Positions 1-8,685 of a stretch of 64,000 nucleotides of DNA are shown piece after piece. Below the pieces are notes generated by a model, which saw only the letters and a program-made list of their open reading frames with translations, ran no database searches and was not told the origin of the DNA. The stretch is from NCBI GenBank assembly GCA_002491945.1, contig DKWX01000042.1, positions 31,192 to 95,191 on the forward strand, written 5' to 3'. Each line of letters opens with the position of its first letter. Position 1 is the first letter of the stretch. This stretch comes from Porphyromonadaceae bacterium UBA7141 (GTDB lineage: Bacteria; Bacteroidota; Bacteroidia; Bacteroidales; Muribaculaceae). Position numbers and translations under genes: made by a program.

Positions 1-266
1 TGACACTTACTTACCACCACAACCTATAATAACCTCTCTCCTCCTCTATTCTCCTCTTCTATCCTAACATACCCTCTCTTCTTATCCTATCCTCTCTCCT
101 TATCCCCTCCTCTCTTCTCCTCCTCTTCCATTTCTCAACCCCGACATCCCTGCACCTCTCTTCATTCCTTATAACTGCAGACTCTCCTCCGGACTACATC
201 CCGTCGATCAAGTAAGAAAGATTTACTTTCACTTTCTATCGTCGTTTAAACCTGAACACCTATATT

Positions 267-1262
267 ATGCAAAAAAGACGACTCGTGTTCATCATCTCGG
301 CTATCCTGCCGGTGGTGCTCTTTATCCTCGACCTCACATTCGGAGCGGTCAGCATCCCTCCCGGAGATGTATGGAAGGCCCTCACCGGAGGTGATATCGC
401 CCCCACCACACGCGCCATTGTGCTCGACATACGCCTTTTAAAGGCGGTAGTGGCCGTGACCGGCGGCGCCGCACTGTCGGTCAGCGGACTGCAGATGCAG
501 ACACTCTTCCGCAACCCTCTGGCCGGCCCATATGTACTTGGCATAAGTTCGGGCGCATCACTGGGTGTGGCTATGTTTATCCTTGCCTCTCCGTTGATGA
601 CTCTTCCCAAATGGATGTCGGCAATCGGTGTGGCCGGTGCCGCATGGATTGGCGCCGCCGCTATATTGCTTATAATCTCGCTCGTAGGCCGACGCATAAA
701 GGACATTATGGTGATTCTAATCCTTGGCATGATGTTCTCAAGCGGTGTGAGCGCTGTGGTCCAGATTCTGCAGTATATGAGCCATGAGGATGCCTTGAAA
801 TCATTTGTTATCTGGACAATGGGTTCGCTCGGCGAAGTCACTCCGATGCAATTATGGATTCTTATTCCCGCAGTTGCGGCCGGTCTGATTATGGCTGTGG
901 CCGCCATAAAACTGCTCAATCTCTTGCTCTTCGGAGAAGAGTATGCCGTCACTATGGGTCTTGATACACGCCGTGCGCGTATACTGCTGTTTGTCTCTAC
1001 AACGCTGCTGGCTGGCAGCGTCACTGCATTTTGCGGACCGATTGGGTTCATAGGGCTGGCCATACCTCATGTGTGCCGTATGCTATTCTATGATGCCGAC
1101 CATCGCGTACTCGTGCCTGCCTCGATGCTGACAGGGGCGTCGGTGCTGCTCCTTTGCGACATTATATCCAAAGCCTTCACTCTCCCTATAAACTCAATCA
1201 CTGCCATACTCGGCATTCCGGTCGTGGTGTGGGTAGTGGTCAGAAACTCCGCCCGCTCATGA
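267..1262 (+). CDS. FecCD/BtuC-family ABC permease (cobalamin or iron-chelate uptake)
   Basis: Multi-TM protein with LQMQTLFRNPLAGPYVLGISSGA and GPIGFIGLAIPH motifs typical of FecCD/BtuC. Confidence 0.9.
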   Translation: MQKRRLVFIISAILPVVLFILDLTFGAVSIPPGDVWKALTGGDIAPTTRAIVLDIRLLKAVVAVTGGAALSVSGLQMQTLFRNPLAGPYVLGISSGASLGVAMFILASPLMTLPKWMSAIGVAGAAWIGAAAILLIISLVGRRIKDIMVILILGMMFSSGVSAVVQILQYMSHEDALKSFVIWTMGSLGEVTPMQLWILIPAVAAGLIMAVAAIKLLNLLLFGEEYAVTMGLDTRRARILLFVSTTLLAGSVTAFCGPIGFIGLAIPHVCRMLFYDADHRVLVPASMLTGASVLLLCDIISKAFTLPINSITAILGIPVVVWVVVRNSARS

Positions 1263-1975
1263 TCTCAATCAGTAATCTTAATTTAGGCTTCAGGGCGAGA
1301 ACTCTGCTCGCCGAAGTATCAACCGACTTTCCACAAGGATGCCTTACGGCTCTTATCGGCCGCAACGGCACCGGCAAATCAACACTTCTCCGTGCTTTGG
1401 CCGGACTCAACAACCGCTATACAGGCGACATACTTATCGATGGTTCCCGACTACGCGACCTCGGCCGACCGGAAATGGCCCGGCGTCTGGCATTCGTAAA
1501 TACGGAGCGTACCCGAATCCCGAATCTCCGCTGCCGCGATGTGGTGGCAATGGGACGCGCCCCCTACACCAACTGGATCGGACGACTCTCCGAGAACGAT
1601 GCACTGGCCGTTGACGATGCTCTTAGGGCCATCAATATGCAGGATTATGCCGACCGCACAATGGACCGCATGAGCGACGGCGAGTGCCAGCGTATCATGA
1701 TAGCCCGCGCTCTGGCCCAGGACACTCCCAATATCCTGCTCGATGAACCCACTTCTTTTCTCGACCTGCCCAACCGATATCGGCTCGTCGAACTGCTCGG
1801 CGAGCTCGCACACTCACGCAATAAGTGCATCATCTTTTCCACCCATGAGCTCGATATAGCCCTGCGCCGCACTGACCGCATTGCACTCCTCGCCGACTGC
1901 ACACTCACAAATCTCACGGCTGAGGAAATGAATGAATCTGGCCTGATTCCCGACAAATTCGGCATCTCACTCTGA
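1259..1975 (+). CDS. ABC ATP-binding subunit (BtuD/FecE-like)
   Basis: Walker A GRNGTGKS, signature MSDGE, Walker B ILLDEP. ATG at 1259 overlaps the permease TGA (ATGA). Confidence 0.9.
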   Translation: MISISNLNLGFRARTLLAEVSTDFPQGCLTALIGRNGTGKSTLLRALAGLNNRYTGDILIDGSRLRDLGRPEMARRLAFVNTERTRIPNLRCRDVVAMGRAPYTNWIGRLSENDALAVDDALRAINMQDYADRTMDRMSDGECQRIMIARALAQDTPNILLDEPTSFLDLPNRYRLVELLGELAHSRNKCIIFSTHELDIALRRTDRIALLADCTLTNLTAEEMNESGLIPDKFGISL

Positions 1976-2019
1976 TTTATCTCTGATTTCCCGGTTTTTT
2001 TTATTTTTTGACCGGAAAA

Positions 2020-2051
2020 TTTGGATATTCCGGATTTCTATATTACTTTTG
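2020..2051 (+). promoter_or_regulatory. Bacteroidetes primary-sigma promoter
   Basis: TTTG (2020-2023), 20-nt spacer, TACTTTTG (2044-2051). Confidence 0.7.
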
Positions 2052-2052
2052 C

Positions 2053-2076
2053 AGTGTATTAGTAATGTAATACACT
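2053..2076. promoter_or_regulatory. Probable GntR/YtrA operator palindrome
   Basis: Perfect inverted repeat AGTGTATTA-gtaatg-TAATACACT over the predicted start site of the operon that encodes the YtrA-like regulator. Confidence 0.7.
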
Positions 2077-2267
2077 ACTTCACTAATATTGAGACCTGAT
2101 TCTCATCCCCCTGGCCCCGCACGCGAAGTGCGCTCCTGCATAGCCGGATAATGAGAGGAGGCTCTCGGATTGCAAACTATATCTTTTCATCCGGCTCGCC
2201 CGGAACCTGGCATTCGGTGTGTCGATGCCTCTTTCTGTGGCAGGCCAAAATCTATTTGTTGTGCGTT

Positions 2268-3113
2268 ATGCTTAAAGTCAACGACATCTCTTTCTCTTAC
2301 AGTCGCCGGCGCCCGCCGGTGCTGAAGGATTTCTCTCTTTCTATTGCCGAGGGTGGAGTCTACGGTCTGCTCGGTTCCAACGGCGCCGGTAAATCCACGC
2401 TTTTATATCTTATCACCGGACTGCTAACTCCCGACTCGGGTAATGTCACCTTCCAGGGTATCGACACTCGCAAGCGACTGCCTCACTCCATGGCCGATAT
2501 CTTCATTGTGCCGGAGGAAATCGACCTCCCGTCAATGTCGCTCCAAAAGTTTGCCGAACTCAATGGGGCTTTCTATCCTAACTTTTCTATGGAGCAGCTG
2601 CTCGATAATCTCTTCCTCTTCGAACTCACGCCCCAGATGAACATCGGACGCCTCTCAATGGGACAGAAGAAGAAGGTGGCCCTCTGTTTTGCAATGGCAT
2701 GCAATACGCGCCTTCTGATTCTTGATGAACCGACCAACGGACTCGACATACCCGGCAAAGCCGCATTCCGCCGATTTATCGCGGCCTCCGAAGCCGAAGG
2801 GCGCATCATAATAATATCTACCCACCAAGTGCGCGATGTGGCCCAGATTCTCGACCATGTCATTATAATCGACCGGCACCGTGTGCTATTCAACCACAGC
2901 ACCAGTGATATCCAGGCTCACCTGAAATTCATCGACACGGCAAACCCCGCTCTTATCGACCGCGCAATTTATGCCATAGGCGCGCCCGGGGGGGCGTCTA
3001 TCATTATCCCCAACACGGATGGCGAGGATACGGAAATCAATCTCGAACTCCTGTTCACCTTCGCCCACGAAGACCCCGACACTCTGACCCGCATCTTCGC
3101 AGGCTCCGACTGA
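2268..3113 (+). CDS. ABC-2 type exporter ATP-binding protein (YtrB-like)
   Basis: GSNGAGKS, LSMGQ, LILDEPTNGLD. Start placed at MLKVNDISF. Confidence 0.88.
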   Translation: MLKVNDISFSYSRRRPPVLKDFSLSIAEGGVYGLLGSNGAGKSTLLYLITGLLTPDSGNVTFQGIDTRKRLPHSMADIFIVPEEIDLPSMSLQKFAELNGAFYPNFSMEQLLDNLFLFELTPQMNIGRLSMGQKKKVALCFAMACNTRLLILDEPTNGLDIPGKAAFRRFIAASEAEGRIIIISTHQVRDVAQILDHVIIIDRHRVLFNHSTSDIQAHLKFIDTANPALIDRAIYAIGAPGGASIIIPNTDGEDTEINLELLFTFAHEDPDTLTRIFAGSD

Positions 3114-3256
3114 CGATGCTGATACAGAGTCCGCCATCTCGGCTCTACGGCACGCCACAACGGCCTAAATATATGCCCGTATGCCATTTATGACCAGAGA
3201 CATACGTCAGCATACATACTCGACTATAATTTTAATCCCCAATCTCCCACTATATT

Positions 3257-4114
3257 ATGACAAACCAGATATTCTCACAATCACGTTTCTTGGCGTATCT
3301 GAAAAAACATATCTATGATACCCGCTCGCGTCTGGCCATTAATGCCGGAATCATCCTGATGCTCCCGATACTCTTTTGTGTCGGTATTCCGGCCATACGC
3401 AACTGCTACGACTATCCCCCCATGCCGCATCTCACAATAGCCGACCCGATGTGGGGAAATGAAATCTTGTTTTTCATATTCTTCGCTCCTGCCATCGGCG
3501 CCGCTTTCGGCTCTGTATTCTACGAGACGATGAAGAGAAAGACATCTCGCATCGCCACCCTCACCAATCCGGCAAGCCAGCTGGAAAAGTTTGTCGCTTA
3601 TTTCTGCATCTATATTCTGTTCTTCTCCATCATTTCAATAGCCTCGCTGTTTCTGGCCGATGCGATACGCGTATGGATTTACTCCGGCACTCAGAATCCC
3701 GGGATTAAAGTTGGCTACCTCACCCCCGACATGCTCTTCACTATGGGCGCCACTATACCGAAGCCCAATGAAATCACACCATTGATTGCCGATGTCGACA
3801 TGGTAAAGAGCACCATCATATTCTCATCGATTGCGCTGCTTCAGGCCGTATATGCTCTCGGATGCGCCGTATGGCCCAGAAATTCGTTCCTGAAGACGAC
3901 TGCATTACTCTTCTCGTTGAATATGGCAAGCGGCTATCTGCTCTTCCTCGGATTCCAGACTTTCGTCATGGATGAAGCCATAGTGCCGAGATTTGATTTG
4001 CAGACCGGCACCGTCACTTTATCGATTGCAGTAATAAGCGCCGCCCTGGCAATCTTTATCTGGTGGATCGGCTACCGCCGATTCTGCGAGTCTGAAGTCG
4101 TGGAACGCTGGTAA
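3257..4114 (+). CDS. Multi-pass membrane protein, probable ABC-2 permease
   Basis: About 6 hydrophobic segments and a LTNPASQLEKF motif, between the ATPase and GntR genes. Confidence 0.7.
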   Translation: MTNQIFSQSRFLAYLKKHIYDTRSRLAINAGIILMLPILFCVGIPAIRNCYDYPPMPHLTIADPMWGNEILFFIFFAPAIGAAFGSVFYETMKRKTSRIATLTNPASQLEKFVAYFCIYILFFSIISIASLFLADAIRVWIYSGTQNPGIKVGYLTPDMLFTMGATIPKPNEITPLIADVDMVKSTIIFSSIALLQAVYALGCAVWPRNSFLKTTALLFSLNMASGYLLFLGFQTFVMDEAIVPRFDLQTGTVTLSIAVISAALAIFIWWIGYRRFCESEVVERW

Positions 4115-4161
4115 ACTCTCCCTCCGACATTACGTCAGCCACCCTTCAAAACCTAAAAATC

Positions 4162-4545
4162 ATGCTATTTGAAGAGAACAACAAGGCTATTTATATCCAA
4201 ATTTCCGACCGCATTTGCGACGAAATAATCAATGGCACGTATCCGCCTGAATCTCGACTCCCCTCTGTACGGGAATATGCCTCCGACATGCAGGTCAACG
4301 CCAATACGGTGATGCGTTCTTACGAGCGCCTCGCTCAGCGCGGACATATCTACAACCGGCGTGGCATAGGATTCTTCGTCGCGGCAGATGCCCGACAGAG
4401 GATACTCGATGAGCGTGGTTCCGACCTCATCGACAAACGCCTGGACAACATTTTCAGCCTGCTGCAACATCTCGACATCACACCCGACACGCTGCGAGAC
4501 GCTTACAGCGACTATCTGAGACGCCAGGCCGACAACAAAAATTGA
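4162..4545 (+). CDS. GntR-family (YtrA subfamily) regulator
   Basis: IYIQI...RLPSVRE...VNANTVMRSY...RRGIGFFV wHTH with a short C-terminus, 127 aa. Confidence 0.92.
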   Translation: MLFEENNKAIYIQISDRICDEIINGTYPPESRLPSVREYASDMQVNANTVMRSYERLAQRGHIYNRRGIGFFVAADARQRILDERGSDLIDKRLDNIFSLLQHLDITPDTLRDAYSDYLRRQADNKN

Positions 4546-4570
4546 CACAACCCAATAACCGGTATATTTT

Positions 4571-4669
4571 ATGAAGACCACCACCTATATCATCATCGGC
4601 CTCATCGCCGTGATTCTCTTGTTGAGTTTCTTTCTTCCGTTGATTTTCTTCACGACTCCCGCCATGTGA
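4571..4669 (+). CDS. 32-aa single-TM peptide (not in ORF track)
   Basis: MKTTTYIIIGLIAVILLLSFFLPLIFFTTPAM*, AT-rich leader, 25 nt after gntR. Confidence 0.5.
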   Translation: MKTTTYIIIGLIAVILLLSFFLPLIFFTTPAM

Positions 4670-4732
4670 ACAATCTGATGCATCCTGACGTATAGTATTA
4701 TAAATTACAAACCATATAAACTATACACTACC

Positions 4733-4972
4733 ATGCGCCATACCCGCCACCTGATGCATATCACCGGACTTCTCGTAGCTCTCGGTTTATTCCTTGCCAT
4801 GGGAAGCTGCGGCACGACAAGAGCCCATATCGGATTAGACCACGATGTGGCCTACCATTGGAACGGAGGATATTACGATGACGCCCCTCCGCGACATCAT
4901 AAACATAAGAAACCGCCAAAACCAAAGAAGAAACATCATAAAAAATCGAAAAAACACCACCATCACGACTGA
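4733..4972 (+). CDS. Small lipoprotein with His/Lys-rich tail
   Basis: Signal peptide with lipobox MGSC. Tail RHHKHKKPPKPKKKHHKKSKKHHHHD. Confidence 0.75.
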   Translation: MRHTRHLMHITGLLVALGLFLAMGSCGTTRAHIGLDHDVAYHWNGGYYDDAPPRHHKHKKPPKPKKKHHKKSKKHHHHD

Positions 4973-4992
4973 CTCTCATCCCGCTATAATCG

Positions 4993-5027
4993 GAAAGCCG
5001 GATACGCGCAATGCGTATCCGGCTTTC
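4993..5027. terminator. Intrinsic terminator between convergent genes
   Basis: GAAAGCCGGATACGC-gcaat-GCGTATCCGGCTTTC 15-bp stem followed by T-rich sequence. Confidence 0.8.
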
Positions 5028-5085
5028 TTTCAATCAAGTAAGTATTCGTTTTTAAATTCAGCAGTCACATGGACTCCTGACATAT

Positions 5086-8000
5086 TCATCTTACAGCTAT
5101 CTTAAAGCTGCGACTACCCTGACGCACAACATATATACCCGGGAGAAGCGACTCTACTGAATCGGCCACCTTCACGCCATTCAGATTGTAGACTTCTACC
5201 GATGCATCCTCGTCAAGAATCATATCCACACCAGACACCGTGATATCCACAGGATTACTCAGATATACCAGATTAGGGAATGCGGCATTGGTCATCACAC
5301 AGAGTGCATCCTTGACCGAAGTGTTAAATGTGAACACTCCATCGTTCTCGTCATAATCCACTCCCTCTGCAAGCTCATCGCCCATGATTGTGCCGTCGTC
5401 CCCAAGGAAGGCGCTACGGTCGCGGAACCAACGGTAGTTCGTGCGGTTGACTCCCACCATCAGCTGGTCGGACAGGTCGATTGTATTGCCATTCTCTATG
5501 ACTACGGGATAGAGAGCCTGACTCGCATAGTAGTAAAGGTTATAGGTTGAGAGCACTCGAGGCAGTGTGGTCAGCGTGAAGCAGTTGGACGTCAGATCCA
5601 TCACCTTGAGGTTGCTGAGCATCGTGACGTCGAGTTCGCGAAGTTTGTTGTTGTCGAGCCATAGCTGTTCCATTGCGGGCACTCCCGACAGGTCAATATG
5701 CTCAAACTGATTGCCAGATGCCATCAGCTCCCACATGACAGGATTGTCGAGGCTTATTTCTGTCAGTTCATTATTGCTCACCACCAGACTCTGCAGCGAC
5801 TTGCAGGAAGTGGCATCGAAGCTTTTGAGGCCGCAATTCTGAAGCTCAAGATGCTGCAACTCGCCATATACACTGAAGTCAATGCCGGTCACATCACATC
5901 CGGAGAGGTTCAGCTCCCGAACTGAAGTGGCAGGGAGTTGAATTGTGGATGCGGCAAGCCCCGAATTCGACAGATTGACTGCAAACACATCACTCATCCG
6001 GGAAAGATCAATATTGGCAAGAGGCACATTCGACATGCTGAACACCGAGATTGCATCACGGTCATCATAGGTATAGACTTTTACATCGGCTCCGGCATAT
6101 GTCTCAATGGGGAATATGGTGTAGATCCGGTCACTGAGTCTGTACTGCTCCAGATTGCCGTCGCCCCCCCAGTCGATATATACGAAATTGCCCGGTATGG
6201 CTGACGTCAGGATAATGCTTGAGCTTACAGCCTCTCTGGTAGTAAAGGAGGCAGCTACATGTGTCGGCCGATCGGCAGGCTTCACATTTGAACTGCGATA
6301 GATATCCGCACCCTTGAAATCGGGGAAAGCGGCATTTGTCCATGTGGCGTATATTTCACCTATGTCGGTGGCATTGAAGATAAACTTTGCGCCATTGGCT
6401 GTCACTTCATCCGATGTCAGTTCGCGCCCGTCGGCCGCCGCATACCATTTGAACTCCGTAGAATGCCCGTCGACAGTCACCATCTGCTCCGACAGATTGC
6501 ATGAAGGTGCCTTTTCCGGCATCATCCACTCCTGCTGCGGTGCATACGTGTAGGTTTCAAACGAGCCGTGAGACGGGAGTGTCGACAGAGGGAAGCGGTT
6601 GCCTGAGATGTTTAGTTCGCGAAGCGGCGTGTAAGCCGGCACTTTGATCGAAGCCAGATTATTGCCGGCTACATTGAGACTCGTCAGAGCCTCGCAGTCC
6701 TGAAGGTCTATATCGGTGAGCTGATTGCCCGAGACATCCACACGCTCTATATACGAGCACTTGGAGAGGCTGAACTCCGTGAGTTTATTGTCGGCCAGTT
6801 CAAGCACCAGAGGCGTACGGTTCTCGGTCGTGGTGAAAGAGGCAATCCGGTTTCGGTTTGCATATACTTCGGTGAGGAGATTCTTAGAGTGCATCATCTC
6901 TGCTCCGGTCAGATCAAGTGTCTCAAGGGCATTGCCGCTGAGGTCAAGCATACGCAGACAGCGGTTGTACTGCAGATCGATGCTGCCCACACCGCAGTCA
7001 GTCACCGAAAGGTAAGCCAATGAGCGGGCCGCCGTCACATCAATTGAGCCGAGCTGCACATCGCTGATGCCGAATGCCGTGAGGTCTTCTCCCTCTGGAA
7101 TATATACGGTCATCGCTCCCACCATTTTCTTGTCGCCCTCTGCGTTGGGTGTGTCCGGAAGCAGATTGGTGGCAGTGGTGAAATCCACTGGATTGCCATC
7201 GCCGAAATCCACACTGAATCGTTTCGGATTCTCGGGAGTGGCTCCGGCTATACCCACACGCAGTGCCACCGATTTGGCAGAAGGTTTAAGACGGTAAGTC
7301 ACCATCGCCGCATCCTTGCCCAATTCCTCTGCCGTCTTCACGACAAACTTCGATGTAGTCAGCGGGAAATCAGCAAACATAGAGTTACTGAACGAAAGAT
7401 ATACACTGTCCGGTGTGGTCTTGTAGAACTCTATGATGCCCTGCGCATAGTTGTAGTAGTCATCGCCGAGTTCCTTGTCGCCACACATAAGACGTGCTGT
7501 TGTCGTGGTGCCCGGACGTTCCAGACGCGATTCAAGGTCAATCTCGCTGCCTACTGCATAACTGCGTGACAGAGCGATTGCCCGCTGCTCGTAATAATAC
7601 TCGCGGATGGTCTCGCGAGGTGCCGGCAGGGTCACAAAGTCCATGTCGTTCTTGGATATGTTGACCTGATAGAGGTCGGGCGACCCTGAGAAGTCGATGG
7701 TGCGGAGATAATTGTTGGATACCGACAGATCCCGCAGGTTGGGATTGCCTGTGATATCGAGGTCGGTAAGAAGATTGTCTGACGCGAAGAGATACACAAG
7801 ATCCGGGCACATCGACACATCGAGTGTGCGCAGTTTGGTCTCACTGTTGACATTACCCGAGTTCGAGCAGTACAACTGCTGCAGCTTCGTATTGGCCGTG
7901 AGGTCAATCTCCGTCACATGTGTCTGCGAAATGCAGAGAATGAGCAACTCCGGATTCTTGCTTACGTCAAGAGTCTCAACTCCGGTCATATCGATCGACA

Positions 8001-8664
8001 GACGTGCCAGTCTGGGGCATCCCGTGGGATCACAGTGGCGCAAGTCGAGCGTATGATATGCATCGAAACTCACAAGATTGGGATAGTCCGATATATTGAA
8101 TGACTGATCTATGGATCCCACATTCTCCATCTGTATCAGCATCAGTTCCGGATGATTCGGACCTATCAGCAGCGGCTTCCGGTCAAAAGGGTTGTCGGAT
8201 ACATAAAGCGCCTGGAGATACTTCATGGCGCTCAAGTCGAGTTCGGGAATGATGTTGTGTTCTACATTCAGTATGTCGAGATTGACGAGCTGAGAGATAT
8301 CGAGTTCATCGATATATACACCCTCGAGGTTGAGATAATCGATAGCCAGCGGATTCCCATAGATTTTGACTATACCGTCCTCGCTTACCTGTCCGGAGAT
8401 AATTGTGCCATTAATCTCACCGGTATTGACATCGAAATCAGCCGAACCGATTTTATACTCAACCGGACCGAACCCGAAATCTATATCCACATATGTGTCT
8501 TCGATGGCCCCGAGCGAAATCGAAAATACGTTCTCCGCACCCACCATATCATAGCGCTGCGTATGGAACGTCATCATAGGCTCTTGCGTCTGGGCACTGA
8601 GTGGCAGTGAGGCCGCCGCCGTGAGCAATGTGGCGGCAATTAGAGTCTTGATAGGATTAAACAT
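5086..8664 (-). CDS. Secreted leucine-rich-repeat protein with three tandem modules and T9SS-type C-terminus
   Basis: Signal peptide, many LxxLDxSxNxLxxLD repeats, C-terminal VYNLNGVKV...PGIYVVR...KIAVR. Confidence 0.85.
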   Translation of the reverse strand: MFNPIKTLIAATLLTAAASLPLSAQTQEPMMTFHTQRYDMVGAENVFSISLGAIEDTYVDIDFGFGPVEYKIGSADFDVNTGEINGTIISGQVSEDGIVKIYGNPLAIDYLNLEGVYIDELDISQLVNLDILNVEHNIIPELDLSAMKYLQALYVSDNPFDRKPLLIGPNHPELMLIQMENVGSIDQSFNISDYPNLVSFDAYHTLDLRHCDPTGCPRLARLSIDMTGVETLDVSKNPELLILCISQTHVTEIDLTANTKLQQLYCSNSGNVNSETKLRTLDVSMCPDLVYLFASDNLLTDLDITGNPNLRDLSVSNNYLRTIDFSGSPDLYQVNISKNDMDFVTLPAPRETIREYYYEQRAIALSRSYAVGSEIDLESRLERPGTTTTARLMCGDKELGDDYYNYAQGIIEFYKTTPDSVYLSFSNSMFADFPLTTSKFVVKTAEELGKDAAMVTYRLKPSAKSVALRVGIAGATPENPKRFSVDFGDGNPVDFTTATNLLPDTPNAEGDKKMVGAMTVYIPEGEDLTAFGISDVQLGSIDVTAARSLAYLSVTDCGVGSIDLQYNRCLRMLDLSGNALETLDLTGAEMMHSKNLLTEVYANRNRIASFTTTENRTPLVLELADNKLTEFSLSKCSYIERVDVSGNQLTDIDLQDCEALTSLNVAGNNLASIKVPAYTPLRELNISGNRFPLSTLPSHGSFETYTYAPQQEWMMPEKAPSCNLSEQMVTVDGHSTEFKWYAAADGRELTSDEVTANGAKFIFNATDIGEIYATWTNAAFPDFKGADIYRSSNVKPADRPTHVAASFTTREAVSSSIILTSAIPGNFVYIDWGGDGNLEQYRLSDRIYTIFPIETYAGADVKVYTYDDRDAISVFSMSNVPLANIDLSRMSDVFAVNLSNSGLAASTIQLPATSVRELNLSGCDVTGIDFSVYGELQHLELQNCGLKSFDATSCKSLQSLVVSNNELTEISLDNPVMWELMASGNQFEHIDLSGVPAMEQLWLDNNKLRELDVTMLSNLKVMDLTSNCFTLTTLPRVLSTYNLYYYASQALYPVVIENGNTIDLSDQLMVGVNRTNYRWFRDRSAFLGDDGTIMGDELAEGVDYDENDGVFTFNTSVKDALCVMTNAAFPNLVYLSNPVDITVSGVDMILDEDASVEVYNLNGVKVADSVESLLPGIYVVRQGSRSFKIAVR

Positions 8665-8685
8665 GATTTATAGCTGTTGGATTAG

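Noticed and set aside
260-1063. 267-aa minus-strand ORF
   Set aside because: Antisense to the well-supported permease
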